Shown in pieces: positions 40,853 to 51,715 of a stretch of DNA of 64,000 bases. The stretch is from positions 1-64,000 of the IMG/VR virus record IMGVR_UViG_3300021400_001346; one strand, 5' to 3'. The position numbers and the translations under genes are program-made. The stretch is from a virus (Duplodnaviria > Caudoviricetes). The notes below the pieces were generated by a model. That model was not told where the DNA came from and made no database searches. It worked only from the letters and a program-made list of their open reading frames with translations. The number at the start of each line of letters is the position of its first letter. Positions within the stretch are counted from its first letter, which is position 1.

Positions 40853-41128
40853 CTATTCAGCGACTAATTTGTAAACGGTGTCGCTATAAGATTTATGACC
40901 GATGACTTCTTTATCATAGACAATGTCGGCAACAAACTCTCTCTTTCCGTCTGTGTTGACAATACCTTTTGTCTTTAAGGTATTAATAGAGCCTGTTTTA
41001 AACTCTTTGCCACTGACTTTTTTGATTTCTCTTAAAGTCATTCCGTCTGGGAATTGCTCCTTATTGTTTGATAAGATTTCAACGAATGATTTTTGAGTGT
41101 CGTTCATAACCCATTTTCTGTCTGCCAT
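40853..41128 (-). CDS. Small winged-helix protein (paralog family)
   Basis: GMTLREIKKVSGKEFKTG...KGIV...VYKL. Confidence 0.75.
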   Translation of the reverse strand: MADRKWVMNDTQKSFVEILSNNKEQFPDGMTLREIKKVSGKEFKTGSINTLKTKGIVNTDGKREFVADIVYDKEVIGHKSYSDTVYKLVAE

Positions 41129-41163
41129 AGTTATTTCTCCTTTCCTTAACTTTCTACTATATA

Positions 41164-41620
41164 ATTATAGCATACTTGAAGCAATCGTTCAAGGGTTTAT
41201 TTCAGTTTTCCGTCTGCCGTTTTTCCTTTTTATAAGTGGAACTCTTTAACTTTCTTACCTTAATATTATATCATAATATTTAAGGCTTTGCAAGAACTAT
41301 TTTTAACTTTCCGTCTGCGAACTTTTGCTCGGCTTACGATTACTAGGTTAATTAATTCTTACTACTATATTATATCATATTCTCATATGATATTCAAGCA
41401 CTAATTTTAAGTTTCCGTCTGCGCCGTTCCTTTCAACCAGCGCCAACTCAACTTTCTTCTACCTTAATATTATATCATAATATTTAAGGCTTGTAAAGAG
41501 ATAATTTTATCTTTCCGTCTACCCCAAACTTATTTGAGGCACGGCTTACTTATCTCTTGTATGTAAATATTATATCATATTTACATATAAGAAACAAGTA
41601 GTTTCTACTCATTTCCGTCT
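41164..41620 (-). promoter_or_regulatory. Five tandem sigma-A-type promoters at about 101-bp period
   Basis: TG-N-TATAAT at 41164, 41265, 41369, 41469, 41569, each 17 nt from a TTG/TTT -35 box, each with AGACGG upstream. Confidence 0.85.
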
Positions 41621-41937
41621 GAAGGTCCGCTCACGCTAACTCTACGATTTAATGTAGTCAACACCTCATAGAATTGACCTGCGACCAATTTATTCCATTT
41701 TCCGCCTGGGTTATCAATTGTGGCTTCTTCTTGAAACACAACCTTTCCGTCTGCATTTTGTCTGCCATATCTAATGTTATATTGTATAGACTTATAGTCA
41801 TCATCTGCAATTATGGTTGTGCTATCAATACAAACATAGGTTCCGTCTAGTGGCGCATATTCTTCACGCATAATGGCATTTAATTCTTTTTCTAACTTTT
41901 TTATTTGTCCGTCTGTGATTTTAATTTTGTTATTCAT
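41605..41937 (-). CDS. Hypothetical protein
   Basis: Own promoter and RBS. Confidence 0.65.
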   Translation of the reverse strand: MNNKIKITDGQIKKLEKELNAIMREEYAPLDGTYVCIDSTTIIADDDYKSIQYNIRYGRQNADGKVVFQEEATIDNPGGKWNKLVAGQFYEVLTTLNRRVSVSGPSDGNE

Positions 41938-42046
41938 AACTTTTTCCCCTTTCAATTTTTTCTTACCTATAATATTATATCATGCCTACTACGGCTTTGC
42001 AATACCCCAATTCATTCTTCCGTCTCTAAGACGGAAGGCTTAGGGC

Positions 42047-42517
42047 TCAACCTTGGAGCACCTTACCTTCGCTTCCGTCTACATCGGCATTTAATACTGT
42101 TGCAAGGATTGAGGTGTGAGGGTAAATCTTAATTGCGGTTCTTCCTCCGTCTGCCCATTGTTTGCAATTAACTCCATAGTCATCGAGTAAAATGCCTGTT
42201 TTAGTTTTTGCAAAGTCGCTCTTGTTTTGTCCATTGCGCATAATAATTACTCTACGCATAGGCAATTCAGGAAGGTATTTTTTAATCCGTCTGCGCTTAT
42301 CTTTATCGGCTTGTTTGTTTGGCGAGGCTGATAAAATACGAACGCTATAACCTAACCCAATTAAGGCTTTAATTCCGTCTAAGTGTCCTTGAATTGGTGG
42401 AAGATTTGCAAAGAAACCTTTTTCCGTCTCAAAACGATTTCTCCATCCGTCTGCGCTATAGAAATCGGCAATAACTCCGTCCATATCACAATAGATAAAC
42501 TTTTTTGTCTTTTTCAT
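42047..42517 (-). CDS. HAD-family 5'(3')-deoxyribonucleotidase-like protein
   Basis: DMDGVIADF, ILSA, K, LLDD. Confidence 0.85.
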   Translation of the reverse strand: MKKTKKFIYCDMDGVIADFYSADGWRNRFETEKGFFANLPPIQGHLDGIKALIGLGYSVRILSASPNKQADKDKRRRIKKYLPELPMRRVIIMRNGQNKSDFAKTKTGILLDDYGVNCKQWADGGRTAIKIYPHTSILATVLNADVDGSEGKVLQG

Positions 42518-42705
42518 AGTGTTTCCCCTTTCTATCTGATATAATTATATCATGCTTACATCTGCTTGTCAACCCGTCTGCCTGATATAATTATGCAGTA
42601 GTTAGGAATGTTATGGAATGCTTAGAGGAGGTTCACCCCTAACTACTCTATAATTATATCATAGTGGCGGTGGCTTGTCAATGCCACCAACCACCTTTCC
42701 GTCTG

Positions 42706-42930
42706 CTAATATTCAACTCCAAGTTGATTACAAAGCCTTCTAATCATTTGCGACCTTGTTTCGAGTTTTCTAACAACCTGTCCGTCTGGCAAAGTCTTCA
42801 TATAGATTTGCTTTTGACTGCAAGCACTATGCCGTTTTCCGTCTGCACTTTTCTCTAGTAATGATACGGTTGTCCATCCGTCTCTATCAACGACCTTATA
42901 CTTTTTAACTTTTGGTTCTTTTGTTTTCAT
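42706..42930 (-). CDS. Small basic hypothetical protein
   Basis: Own promoter and agggg RBS. Confidence 0.6.
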   Translation of the reverse strand: MKTKEPKVKKYKVVDRDGWTTVSLLEKSADGKRHSACSQKQIYMKTLPDGQVVRKLETRSQMIRRLCNQLGVEY

Positions 42931-43165
42931 ACCCCTTAATTCCTTTCTAGTAATATTATATCATACTTTTTGTGGCTTGTAAATAGCCTATTTTATTTTT
43001 CCGTCTGCCCTATTGTCTTAAAGCAATCCAAACATAGAGTTGTTCGCTCTCTTTTTGTTCCGTCTCATCCGCCTTTCCGTCTGCGACCTTTTGCTTTAAT
43101 TCTTGTAAGCGTTGTTCTAATTCTTCCATACCCCTTAACTCCTTTTCTAATAATATTATATCATA

Positions 43166-43603
43166 TCAATATACTAATTGCAATAGTTTATCTTTTAAAT
43201 CCGTCTGGATTTTTTTCGCACATACTTTTATTTTACGGCAATTTAAATTATTATAATATTGCATATCTTTTTCAAAATTTTGTATACAATCCATTAAGGC
43301 TTTTAAATTTCCGTCCGTTTTATTACGTGCCCATCTAAACATTAAGCGGGCTATCCATTCTTCTTTACTTCCGTCTGGAATAATTAGAATAAAATTTACT
43401 TTTAATTTCATAAGTGTTTCAATAACACATGGGTGGGCTGATAAGAAAACATCTTTTCCGTCTGCTTCTATTTTGCGTGCAGTATAAATATAATTAACTT
43501 GCCAATTTTTTACTTTTTTAAAAGTATTACTATCTAAATCAATACCGTCCGTCTCAGCGCACAATGTTGTTTTACCTACGCCACTATATCCACAAAATAG
43601 CAT
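43166..43603 (-). CDS. P-loop nucleotide-kinase-like protein
   Basis: GYSGVGKTT, IDLDS. Confidence 0.75.
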   Translation of the reverse strand: MLFCGYSGVGKTTLCAETDGIDLDSNTFKKVKNWQVNYIYTARKIEADGKDVFLSAHPCVIETLMKLKVNFILIIPDGSKEEWIARLMFRWARNKTDGNLKALMDCIQNFEKDMQYYNNLNCRKIKVCAKKIQTDLKDKLLQLVY

Positions 43604-43638
43604 ATTTTACCCCTTTCGCCCTTTCTCACTAGTTAGGT

Positions 43639-44124
43639 TTAAAACCTAACTAGTGTTTCTAATACTTTACTAACGCCCTTAATTTTTCCGTTTTTAGCAA
43701 AGTTGTAATATTTAGTATTTGAACGATAGACACCATAAGGGTCGACCATAATGAGTTCTTTATACTCGCCGTTTTCATAGTCTTGCAATTGTTTTTCACT
43801 AATACTTGCGTATGCGACCGAGTTCGTGTATTTAATTTCATAGTCGTGATTATTAAGTTTTAAATCTACACGACCAGCACTATATTTACTAGCACTTTTT
43901 TGATTTTTAAGTAATAATTTAATCAAGCATTCAACGACCGAGCCACGATTTAAAACTTTGCCATTTCTAGCGACCTCGCACGTAATTTGCGCTTTATTGT
44001 CTAGCATATTGCATAATGAAATTATAGCATCATTGCAAGTGTGATTTTTTGCGTTTGCTTTTGTGTCGTTGATATACATATCACGGACGGAACGAATAGA
44101 TAAAGTTTGAATTGTGTTTTCCAT
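43639..44124 (-). CDS. Hypothetical protein, possible PD-(D/E)XK fold
   Basis: GSVVE...VDL...YEIKY. Confidence 0.5.
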   Translation of the reverse strand: MENTIQTLSIRSVRDMYINDTKANAKNHTCNDAIISLCNMLDNKAQITCEVARNGKVLNRGSVVECLIKLLLKNQKSASKYSAGRVDLKLNNHDYEIKYTNSVAYASISEKQLQDYENGEYKELIMVDPYGVYRSNTKYYNFAKNGKIKGVSKVLETLVRF

Positions 44125-44434
44125 AAAATAACCCCTTAATTTATTCAACTTTTTAATAAGTCTTTTAACTTATTACACTTATAATTATAAACTTTTATTT
44201 TTTGTTGTCAATACTTTTTTTAAAAGTTTTTTAATTTTTTTTGTAATTCGTTTTTTAACTTATTACACTTATAATTATAAAGATATATTTTATAGTGTCA
44301 ATTGCAAAAACGATTTTAATATATTGCAAAAATTATTATGTGGGGGGGGGTAGTATTAATTTTTTTCACATTTTTTCAAAAATTCCGGCCCACCTCTGGT
44401 AGAAAATTTATATGCTCCATTTTTTGATGACTGC

Positions 44435-45397
44435 CTACTTCTTATTCAACCCAATCTCCGTACACCCGTACCAGTCGATCCACCATCTTTCTCTTTCATT
44501 CAACAGTCTTCTATCATTCACCCTCTCAACTACTTCTCAGTAGAAATCTTCAATCAGATGGTCCTCATACAACTTCTCACCTCCACTACTCTCCACTCCT
44601 ATCATCTTTTTAGCGTGTTGGTACCATCTCTCCTTAATATTAACTGCCTGCCCAACATAGCAAACCCTAACATCATCTTTCAACACCAATCTATAAATGC
44701 CGCAACAACCGTCGGCTTCTTCTCTCTTCACCAATCGTTGCATGGCTGGCATTCAGACCTTTCTCCATTCGATGGCCGCCAATTCACTTTTCAAATCCCC
44801 GTACTCTTCCTCGATCGTCCTAATCAGTTTCACTAACTTCATGTCTCTCCCACTCACTTCAAGCGGCCAACCATTTTCGCCACCTTCTTCCTTTCAGCCG
44901 CGCAAGACCGCTAACCTATTCTCTGTCTGTAGCCTCTCCAATTCTTCCACCAGTCTTTGAACTTCTTCTTTGCGGCGACCCAACACGCTGTCGACTTGAG
45001 TCAATTCTTCCTTGGCATGCACCAAATCGGCCGCCACCTTCTCCATTTCAGCTTGGCGTTCATTGAGAGCCGCGAGTTGTTGTCCAGCATGGGCGCTCAA
45101 GTCTTCCTGTTGACCCTTCAGAATATTCGCCCTCTCTTCTCAATAATTCACCTGGTTTTGAAGTTCATCAATGCGGCCACATTTGGCTAATAGAGCCTCA
45201 TTTGACGCTGTTACCTTCTTTAACTCCTCAGCCGCCTTATCTCGTTCCTCAATAGCCTTAGTTAACTTAACTACCAATTGCCTAACTTCATCGGCATGGT
45301 CGTCACTTTTATCCTTCTTATATTTAATTAAAACGGTTGTAACAATTAACGCCGCGATTAATACCATCGCCACGCTTACGCATATTCCTATTACCAT
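44435..45397 (-). CDS. TM-anchored coiled-coil protein with C-terminal GIY-YIG domain, 320 aa (TGA=Trp)
   Basis: Three ORF-track pieces in one frame joined by TGA; GIYRL...YVGQAVNIKERW..H...LNERERWWI. Confidence 0.8.
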
Positions 45398-45444
45398 ATT
45401 ATCTCCTTTTTCCTATTATAATAAAAAAAGTTGGCCCGCGCCAA

Positions 45445-45669
45445 CTATTTTTCCTCATCGAAGCCTAAACTTTCCGCATCGTCTCCTTCCAGAGACGCCA
45501 TGATGCGGGCTCAAGTAGCCTCATCGAGTTCGATATCATCAATCAGTTTAGTTTCGGCATCGAATAAATGCACGAAATCAACTGTTTCATCTAATTGTTC
45601 ATCTGTTAAAAATTTTTCGGCATCTAATTCTACACCCGTAGGTCCGCCATTCTTATTTTCAATTTTCAT
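45445..45669 (-). CDS. Small acidic protein, 74 aa (TGA=Trp)
   Basis: MKIENKNGG... with gagg RBS, one TGA, TAG stop. Confidence 0.6.
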
Positions 45670-45814
45670 ATAATACCTCTTGTTAATTTACTTTATAAAA
45701 GTTTCTATTAATTATCAAAAATACATTTTCAGGCTACCATTACTATGAAAAAGCATTTTTGAATTTTTCAGTTTTATTGCATTATACTGATAGAAAGGAG
45801 ATATTAGACATCCT

Positions 45815-46813
45815 ATGATAAAATATAACTATGGTACTTGCCCTAAATGCGGCCGCCATAACGTAAAGCTAGTTTATTCTAATAACCCATTAAGCGGCAC
45901 TACGATTTGTTTCAACTGTGTAAAAGATAACCTCGATTATCAAAACTTATCACATGCCGATTTTTTCTGCCGCACTTATAACATTCCATTCGATCCAGAA
46001 CTCTGGTTACAATATTGCGACGAAGTAGGCAACGACGTTTTTGAAGAATACACTTCTCTTCAACTTGAGTCTCAAGAAGACCACCAAAACCTTTATTATG
46101 GTTCGGCAACCGCCGACCTTTGGAACAAAGTTAATAAAGAATGGGAAAAATGCCGTTCTTTCTCTGAAATATTGCGCAAACTTCCAACCATCAAAGACTC
46201 TTATATGGAACGTGGCCATTTAAAATGGGGCGAGCAATATACTTTTGAAGAACTTATTAAACTCGATTCTATTTACACCCGCACTTTGCGTGCCAATAAC
46301 ATTACTAATCCGCTTCAACGTGAAGCCGTTAAGACGCTTTGCAAACTGCAAATCGAAATGGACGAAGCTATCCGCGCGAAAGACGCCAAGGCCATCCGTG
46401 ACTTTTCTAATGCATGGTCAACTTTTGCTAAACAAGCGGACCTTGAAACCATGATTAATGAAACCAAGACTGATGACATCACTACCGTCGCCGAATTATA
46501 CGACTACATGGAACGTCAAGGTTTCCAATTCAAATACTTTGATGGATTTGATCGTGATGAGGTTGACCGCACCATTCGAGATATCCAAGATGCCAACCGT
46601 CAACTCATTCTCGAATCAACTGGTCTTCAATCACTACTCGAGGAAATGCGCGATCAACGTAACCGCACCCTCGAAGAAGAAAAGACCAACCAAGTCATTA
46701 AGGAGGAAACTCCATTGGAAGACCTTCTCAACTTATCACCTGCCGACGTCGACATTGATACAGAAGACGATTCCGAAGCCATTGAAGAAGATTTTTCTGA
46801 AGGAACAAATTAA
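45815..46813 (+). CDS. Zn-finger protein upstream of TerL (possible terminase small subunit)
   Basis: CPKC...CFNC N-terminus; position. Confidence 0.6.
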   Translation: MIKYNYGTCPKCGRHNVKLVYSNNPLSGTTICFNCVKDNLDYQNLSHADFFCRTYNIPFDPELWLQYCDEVGNDVFEEYTSLQLESQEDHQNLYYGSATADLWNKVNKEWEKCRSFSEILRKLPTIKDSYMERGHLKWGEQYTFEELIKLDSIYTRTLRANNITNPLQREAVKTLCKLQIEMDEAIRAKDAKAIRDFSNAWSTFAKQADLETMINETKTDDITTVAELYDYMERQGFQFKYFDGFDRDEVDRTIRDIQDANRQLILESTGLQSLLEEMRDQRNRTLEEEKTNQVIKEETPLEDLLNLSPADVDIDTEDDSEAIEEDFSEGTN

Positions 46814-46816
46814 CAA

Positions 46817-48625
46817 ATGCTAGTAGACGATTTTTTTGATGATAGTTATATAGATCCTGAAATTGAGGACTATATTAATTTTTTAGACGCAGATGAGCAA
46901 GAAACCACCGGCTTCTTAACTAAAAAGCGCATTGACGCGCATTTTCAAGAGTGCGGCGAAATGCTCAATTTTTTCATTGCCTATCCAGACCGCTTCGTTG
47001 ACATCATTACGCCGCATGAAAGCCACTTCCACCTATTCTTCTTCCAACGTATTATGATTCGTTGCATCGCGCGTGGAATTGCAACTTTCGAGACCTTCAG
47101 CCGTGGTACTTCAAAATCCTTCCTCGCCGACCTCGAAAGATACTTGCACTGCATGTTTGTGCCGCGCCATGATACAACCATCACCGCGGGTACAAATAAA
47201 CAGGCGGCCGAAATCGCTAAACAAAAGATAGTTGATGACTTATGGGTGAAGTTCCCTCTTCTCGCTAACGAAATGCAAAAGCGTAAAGTGGCCGGAAAAA
47301 TTTTAGACGCCTATAAAATGGGTAAAGACTATGTTGAATTTAATTTTAAAAATGGCTCTTCACTCGGCCTCGGAAACGTAAGAGGTTTGCGTCGTAAATC
47401 TCTAATCTTCGAAGAAGTTATCGAACAAGATCCAGTCAAAGTTAATGAAGTCTACATTCCTTTACTTAACGAACCTCGTAAACTTTACAACGGCCTTATT
47501 AACCCTTACGAACCACAATCTCAACAAATATATATTACTACTGCGGGCTATCAAGGCACCTTTGCCTATCAAAAGCTTATCGAAATTTTATGCCGCTCTG
47601 TCTTCGAGCCCGACCATTACTTTGTCCTTTGCGGTACTTATCGTTTGCCGCTCTCCGTGGGGCTTACCTCTAAAAAGCAAATCGAAGACATTATCAACGC
47701 ACCTTCATTCAGCCGCGCGTCCTTCGAACGTGAATATGAAAGCCGCTGAAGTGATGCCCCTGCCGGCGCGGCCTTTAGCAGTAGTGTTGTTTCTTCCTTA
47801 CGTCAAGTTAAAAAGGTTGAACTTAAGGATAAACGTACGGAACTTCAAGTCTCTGAACAGTCATGCTTCTATGTCATCTGCGCCGATATGGCGAAGGATG
47901 GTAGCGCAGACACGGCAGTAGGTGTAGCCAAGGTCACTCCAAAAGACCATTACTTCACTTACAAGTTCGTCAATCTCTTTACCATTCCATCTACTGACTA
48001 CATGGTAGTCGCAAATACTTTCAAGAAAACCGTTCTAGCCTATAATGCCCGATTACTCATTTACGATGCTAATGGTATTGGCGCCGCGATGAGAGACTGA
48101 TTAAACAAAGAAACTACTGACGAATTTGGCAATTTATTAGAAGGTTTAGGTATAATTAATCCGCCAACTTCCTCAGAACGAGACTTGATAAGATATCCAA
48201 AAGATAAGACAATATGTTATGAGATAAAATCTGGAGGAAAAATTGGAGAACAAATCCATTATTTCTTCTTTTCTCGTATGAGTACAGGCGCAATTACTTA
48301 TCCAATTAAACTTAACGAAGCGTTATCTCTTTACTCAAAGAACAAAACATTTATGCAAATGAGTATGCGCAAACAACAAGAATATCTACTTCCTTTCAAA
48401 ACAATGGATTTAATGGAAGAAGAACTTAAAAACTTAGATATCGTTAATACATCTGACAATATGTCCAACTCTTTGCGTATTGTAAGACGTAACCCCAACA
48501 TTCAAAAAGACTTTTTCTCCATGGCGGAGTATTTAGTCTGGGGAGTTAATCAACATTTAGAACTTGAATATTATCGTACTAAGCGTAGTCGTTCTCAAAA
48601 ACGTATTATCGCTTTAGTAAACTAG
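46817..48625 (+). CDS. Terminase large subunit, 602 aa (TGA=Trp)
   Basis: SRGTSKS, RGLR, IFEE, ITTAG, FEREY, ADMAK, IYDANGIG, KDFFS; joined at TGA 47747 and 48098. Confidence 0.92.
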
Positions 48626-48638
48626 GAGGACGATTATT

Positions 48639-50186
48639 ATGGCGAAAAAACAAGATAAACCATTAACATCTGCTGAAGAAACTACCAACTTCAGAACCGA
48701 TCGAGCTAAAAAAATAAAAGAACTTTACGCCGATGATACGGCTGCTCGCCACAAAAGAGACGAAAGTCCTCGTAACTCCGGCTCGAACTACCTTACCGCG
48801 GCTCAAGTCAGGGAGGCGCTTTCAAAAGCCATTTCTGACCATACCAGTATTTCAGAGACCTCTAAGAAACTTTATGCTATCAATCCTATTTATGCATCTA
48901 TCATTGACTATATGGCAGATGTATACTTATGAAGATATAAAGTCATTCCTAGAAAATTATACAATAAAAGTAAAGCAAAACTTCATAAAACTAAAAAAGA
49001 AGACGACTTTACTATCATGTATAACCTCATGATTAACGTTGTAGATGGTTTAATGATTGAAACACAATTTCCAAACCTTCTTACCGCCCTCTACATTAAT
49101 GGCTCAGTTTATCTAACCACTTATTGTAACCCAGACAGCCTTACTATTGATACTCTAGTATTGCCTGACGCTTACTGCCGCAAAATTGGCGAAACACAGT
49201 ACGGAAGCGGCATTATCCAATTTGACTTTTCTTATTTTGACCAGTATACTTCTGAAGTAGATTTAAAAGACGCTTTAAAAATGTTCCCAAAAGAGTTTAC
49301 TAAACTCTATAATCGCTATAAGAAAGATAGAACTGACAAATGGCAAACTCTTGACCCACGTTTTTCTACCGGCGTCTTATTAAATGAATATGGTATTCCA
49401 ACTTACTTCTATTTATTAGGAGGCATCTTAGACTATGAACAATACCAAGATAATGAACTTGAACGTAATGAAAACTTACTTCGTTACCTTGTCGTTCACA
49501 CCATGCCACACTACGAAGATAAACTTATCTTTGAAATGGACGAAGTTAAAGCCATTCACCAATCTATTAAAAAGATTGTTGATACTGGCGACAAGGCTCG
49601 TTTAATTACTACTTTCGGTGACGTCCATGTTGACCGTATTGCCGATGAAGACACTACTGCCAACGAAGTTCTTGCTAAAGCATATGAAGCAATTTTCCAC
49701 AATGCCGGTTTCAATAGCGCTATGTTTATTAGCGACAGTGTTACCGCACTTGAAATGTCATTGATTCGTGACCGTGCAAAGGTCTGGAGATATGTTAATC
49801 AATTTTTAAATTTCTATACTATTGCAATCAATAATTGATTTGATTTTAAAGAGTACCAAGCGGATATTGATATTTTACAAATCTCTCCATATACTTATAA
49901 AGATGATATAAAATTGTTTAGAGATAATGCCACATTAGGTGTTGGAAAACTAGACTATTTTATCGCAGCCGGAATAAAGCAAAAGGACATTCCAGACCAA
50001 CTTAGTTTGGAAGACCATTTACATCTTAATGATATCACTCCAATGCAAACGTCTTATACACAAACTGCGGAAGACCGTGCGGCGGATGATAATAAATCAG
50101 ATGATACCAAATCAACTTCATCTGGGATTGAGCCATCAGACGAAGACGAAGAAACATCATCTTCTACTGCCACTAATGAGGACTAA
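48639..50186 (+). CDS. Portal protein, 515 aa (TGA=Trp)
   Basis: Follows TerL; size; joined at TGA 48930 and 49836. Confidence 0.8.
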
Positions 50187-50188
50187 AA

Positions 50189-51694
50189 ATGAAAAAGCAT
50201 CCTACTATTAATTATAGCTGGCCAGCCTTATTGTTTGATTTAAAAGCAGATCCAAGTAATGGCAACTATTCTCGTGGAAAACTTGGTGTTTTCTATAAAG
50301 GCGAGACAGCGGACCACCGTTATTTCTCAGATGCCTTTTGTGAAAAACTCATTAAAACCCTACCTTACGCACCTGTCGTAAGTCATTATGACGAAGAAAA
50401 GGACGATTTCGTAGGACACGCAACTCAACAAAACATTTATGGTATTGTTGACCCTTGTGTAGAACCAACTTTCCAAGTTATGGAAGACAACAACACTTGA
50501 GCAATCTGTGATGTCGTCCTCTATACAGATCGCCCTGACAAGGTTGGCGAAATAGCGAAAAAGATTATTGGTCATAGTCAATCTTTGGAGCTAAATCCAG
50601 ACACAGTGGATTATAAAATCAACTATGACGAAAAGAAACACTTCAAAAATATTGAATTTACCGCAGGAGACATTATTGGCGTAAGTGTATTAGGCTCTGA
50701 TCAACAGCCAGCATTTACAGGTTCCGCATTCTTCGAATACGACGAACAATTTGCCGCAAAGATGAAAATGCTTAAAGAATACTGTGAAAAGCAACATGAT
50801 CAAGATAACAGTGGAGGCAAAATAGTGAATTTACAAGAATTTATGAAGCTCTCCTGGGGTGACATTTCTCAAAAAGTCTACGAAGCAATTAGTCACGAAT
50901 ACGAAAATGACGCATTTGTTATGCCAGTTGACATGTTCGAAGACAGCGCAATTGTTCGTTTCTACTATTATGTAGAAGGTAATGTAAAACTTATGCGTGT
51001 AAAATACTCCATTAATGATAGCGGCGACGTTACATTAGGAGATGTGAACGAAGTTCATATTACATACGAAGACGTGATTGAGAATAGTGTAGGCGTTAAC
51101 AATGCCGAAGTCACAACAACAGAAGGTAGTTCTGTTGCCACACCTGAAACCAATGCAAGCGAAGGTATTTCAACCGCTAGTGAGCTTAGCACTACAACTG
51201 ACAATATCATCACCGCCGCATCTGATGTTTCAACAACTCCAACAGAAGACCCTGTTAATACTGATGAGGTAGCATCTGCTGCCGAAAATTCATCAGCAGC
51301 ACAACTTGAAAACGCTGAAGTCACCGACACAGAAAAGAAAGTGAGTGACGGTAATGAACAAAACTCAACAACAAAAGAAGAGGGTGCAAGTTCTGCCTCA
51401 TTTACTGATAGTGAAAGAGCGCAATTTGAAACCCTTAAAAGAGAAAAGAAAGTAAATCTTCTTAACTCTTACAAAGACAAAATTTCTGAAGAAGACTATA
51501 ATAACTTTTTAAATGCTATTGATACCTTCGCAGAAGAAAAAGACCTTGAGCTTGAAGTTCTTAAAGCTTACCAACGTAATCTTGAAGAAAATTCAACTCC
51601 AATACGCGGAGTTTTCTCATTGAACTCCATTATCAATCACAATGAGAACAAAGACGATTTAGCTACCTATATTCGTAGACAATTAAATCGTTAA
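50189..51694 (+). CDS. Prohead protease/scaffold, 501 aa (TGA=Trp)
   Basis: GH, QSLEL, VLG...PAF then acidic low-complexity scaffold; joined at TGA 50498. Confidence 0.8.
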
Positions 51695-51715
51695 TAGAAA
51701 TGAGGTAAAAATATT

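Larger units (their letters stand above)
38863..43554 (+). repeat. Dispersed polar CCGTCT motif array (about 50 copies, usually TTCCGTCT)
   Basis: Hand count about 50 on the + strand versus one AGACGG (42029) in the interval. Confidence 0.95.

Noticed and set aside
41150-41620. CRISPR-like repeat-spacer periodicity
   Set aside because: Repeats are degenerate promoter boxes, not identical palindromic repeats; no cas genes in the window.
38863-43554. CCGTCT as BsmBI cloning scars or adapter contamination
   Set aside because: The next base varies (mostly G or A, not C), ORFs stay intact, and spacing to promoters is fixed.
46817-51694. Apparent pseudogenisation or intron splitting of terminase, portal and protease
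   Set aside because: All breaks are in-frame TGA codons with no frameshift or insertion; explained by TGA=Trp.
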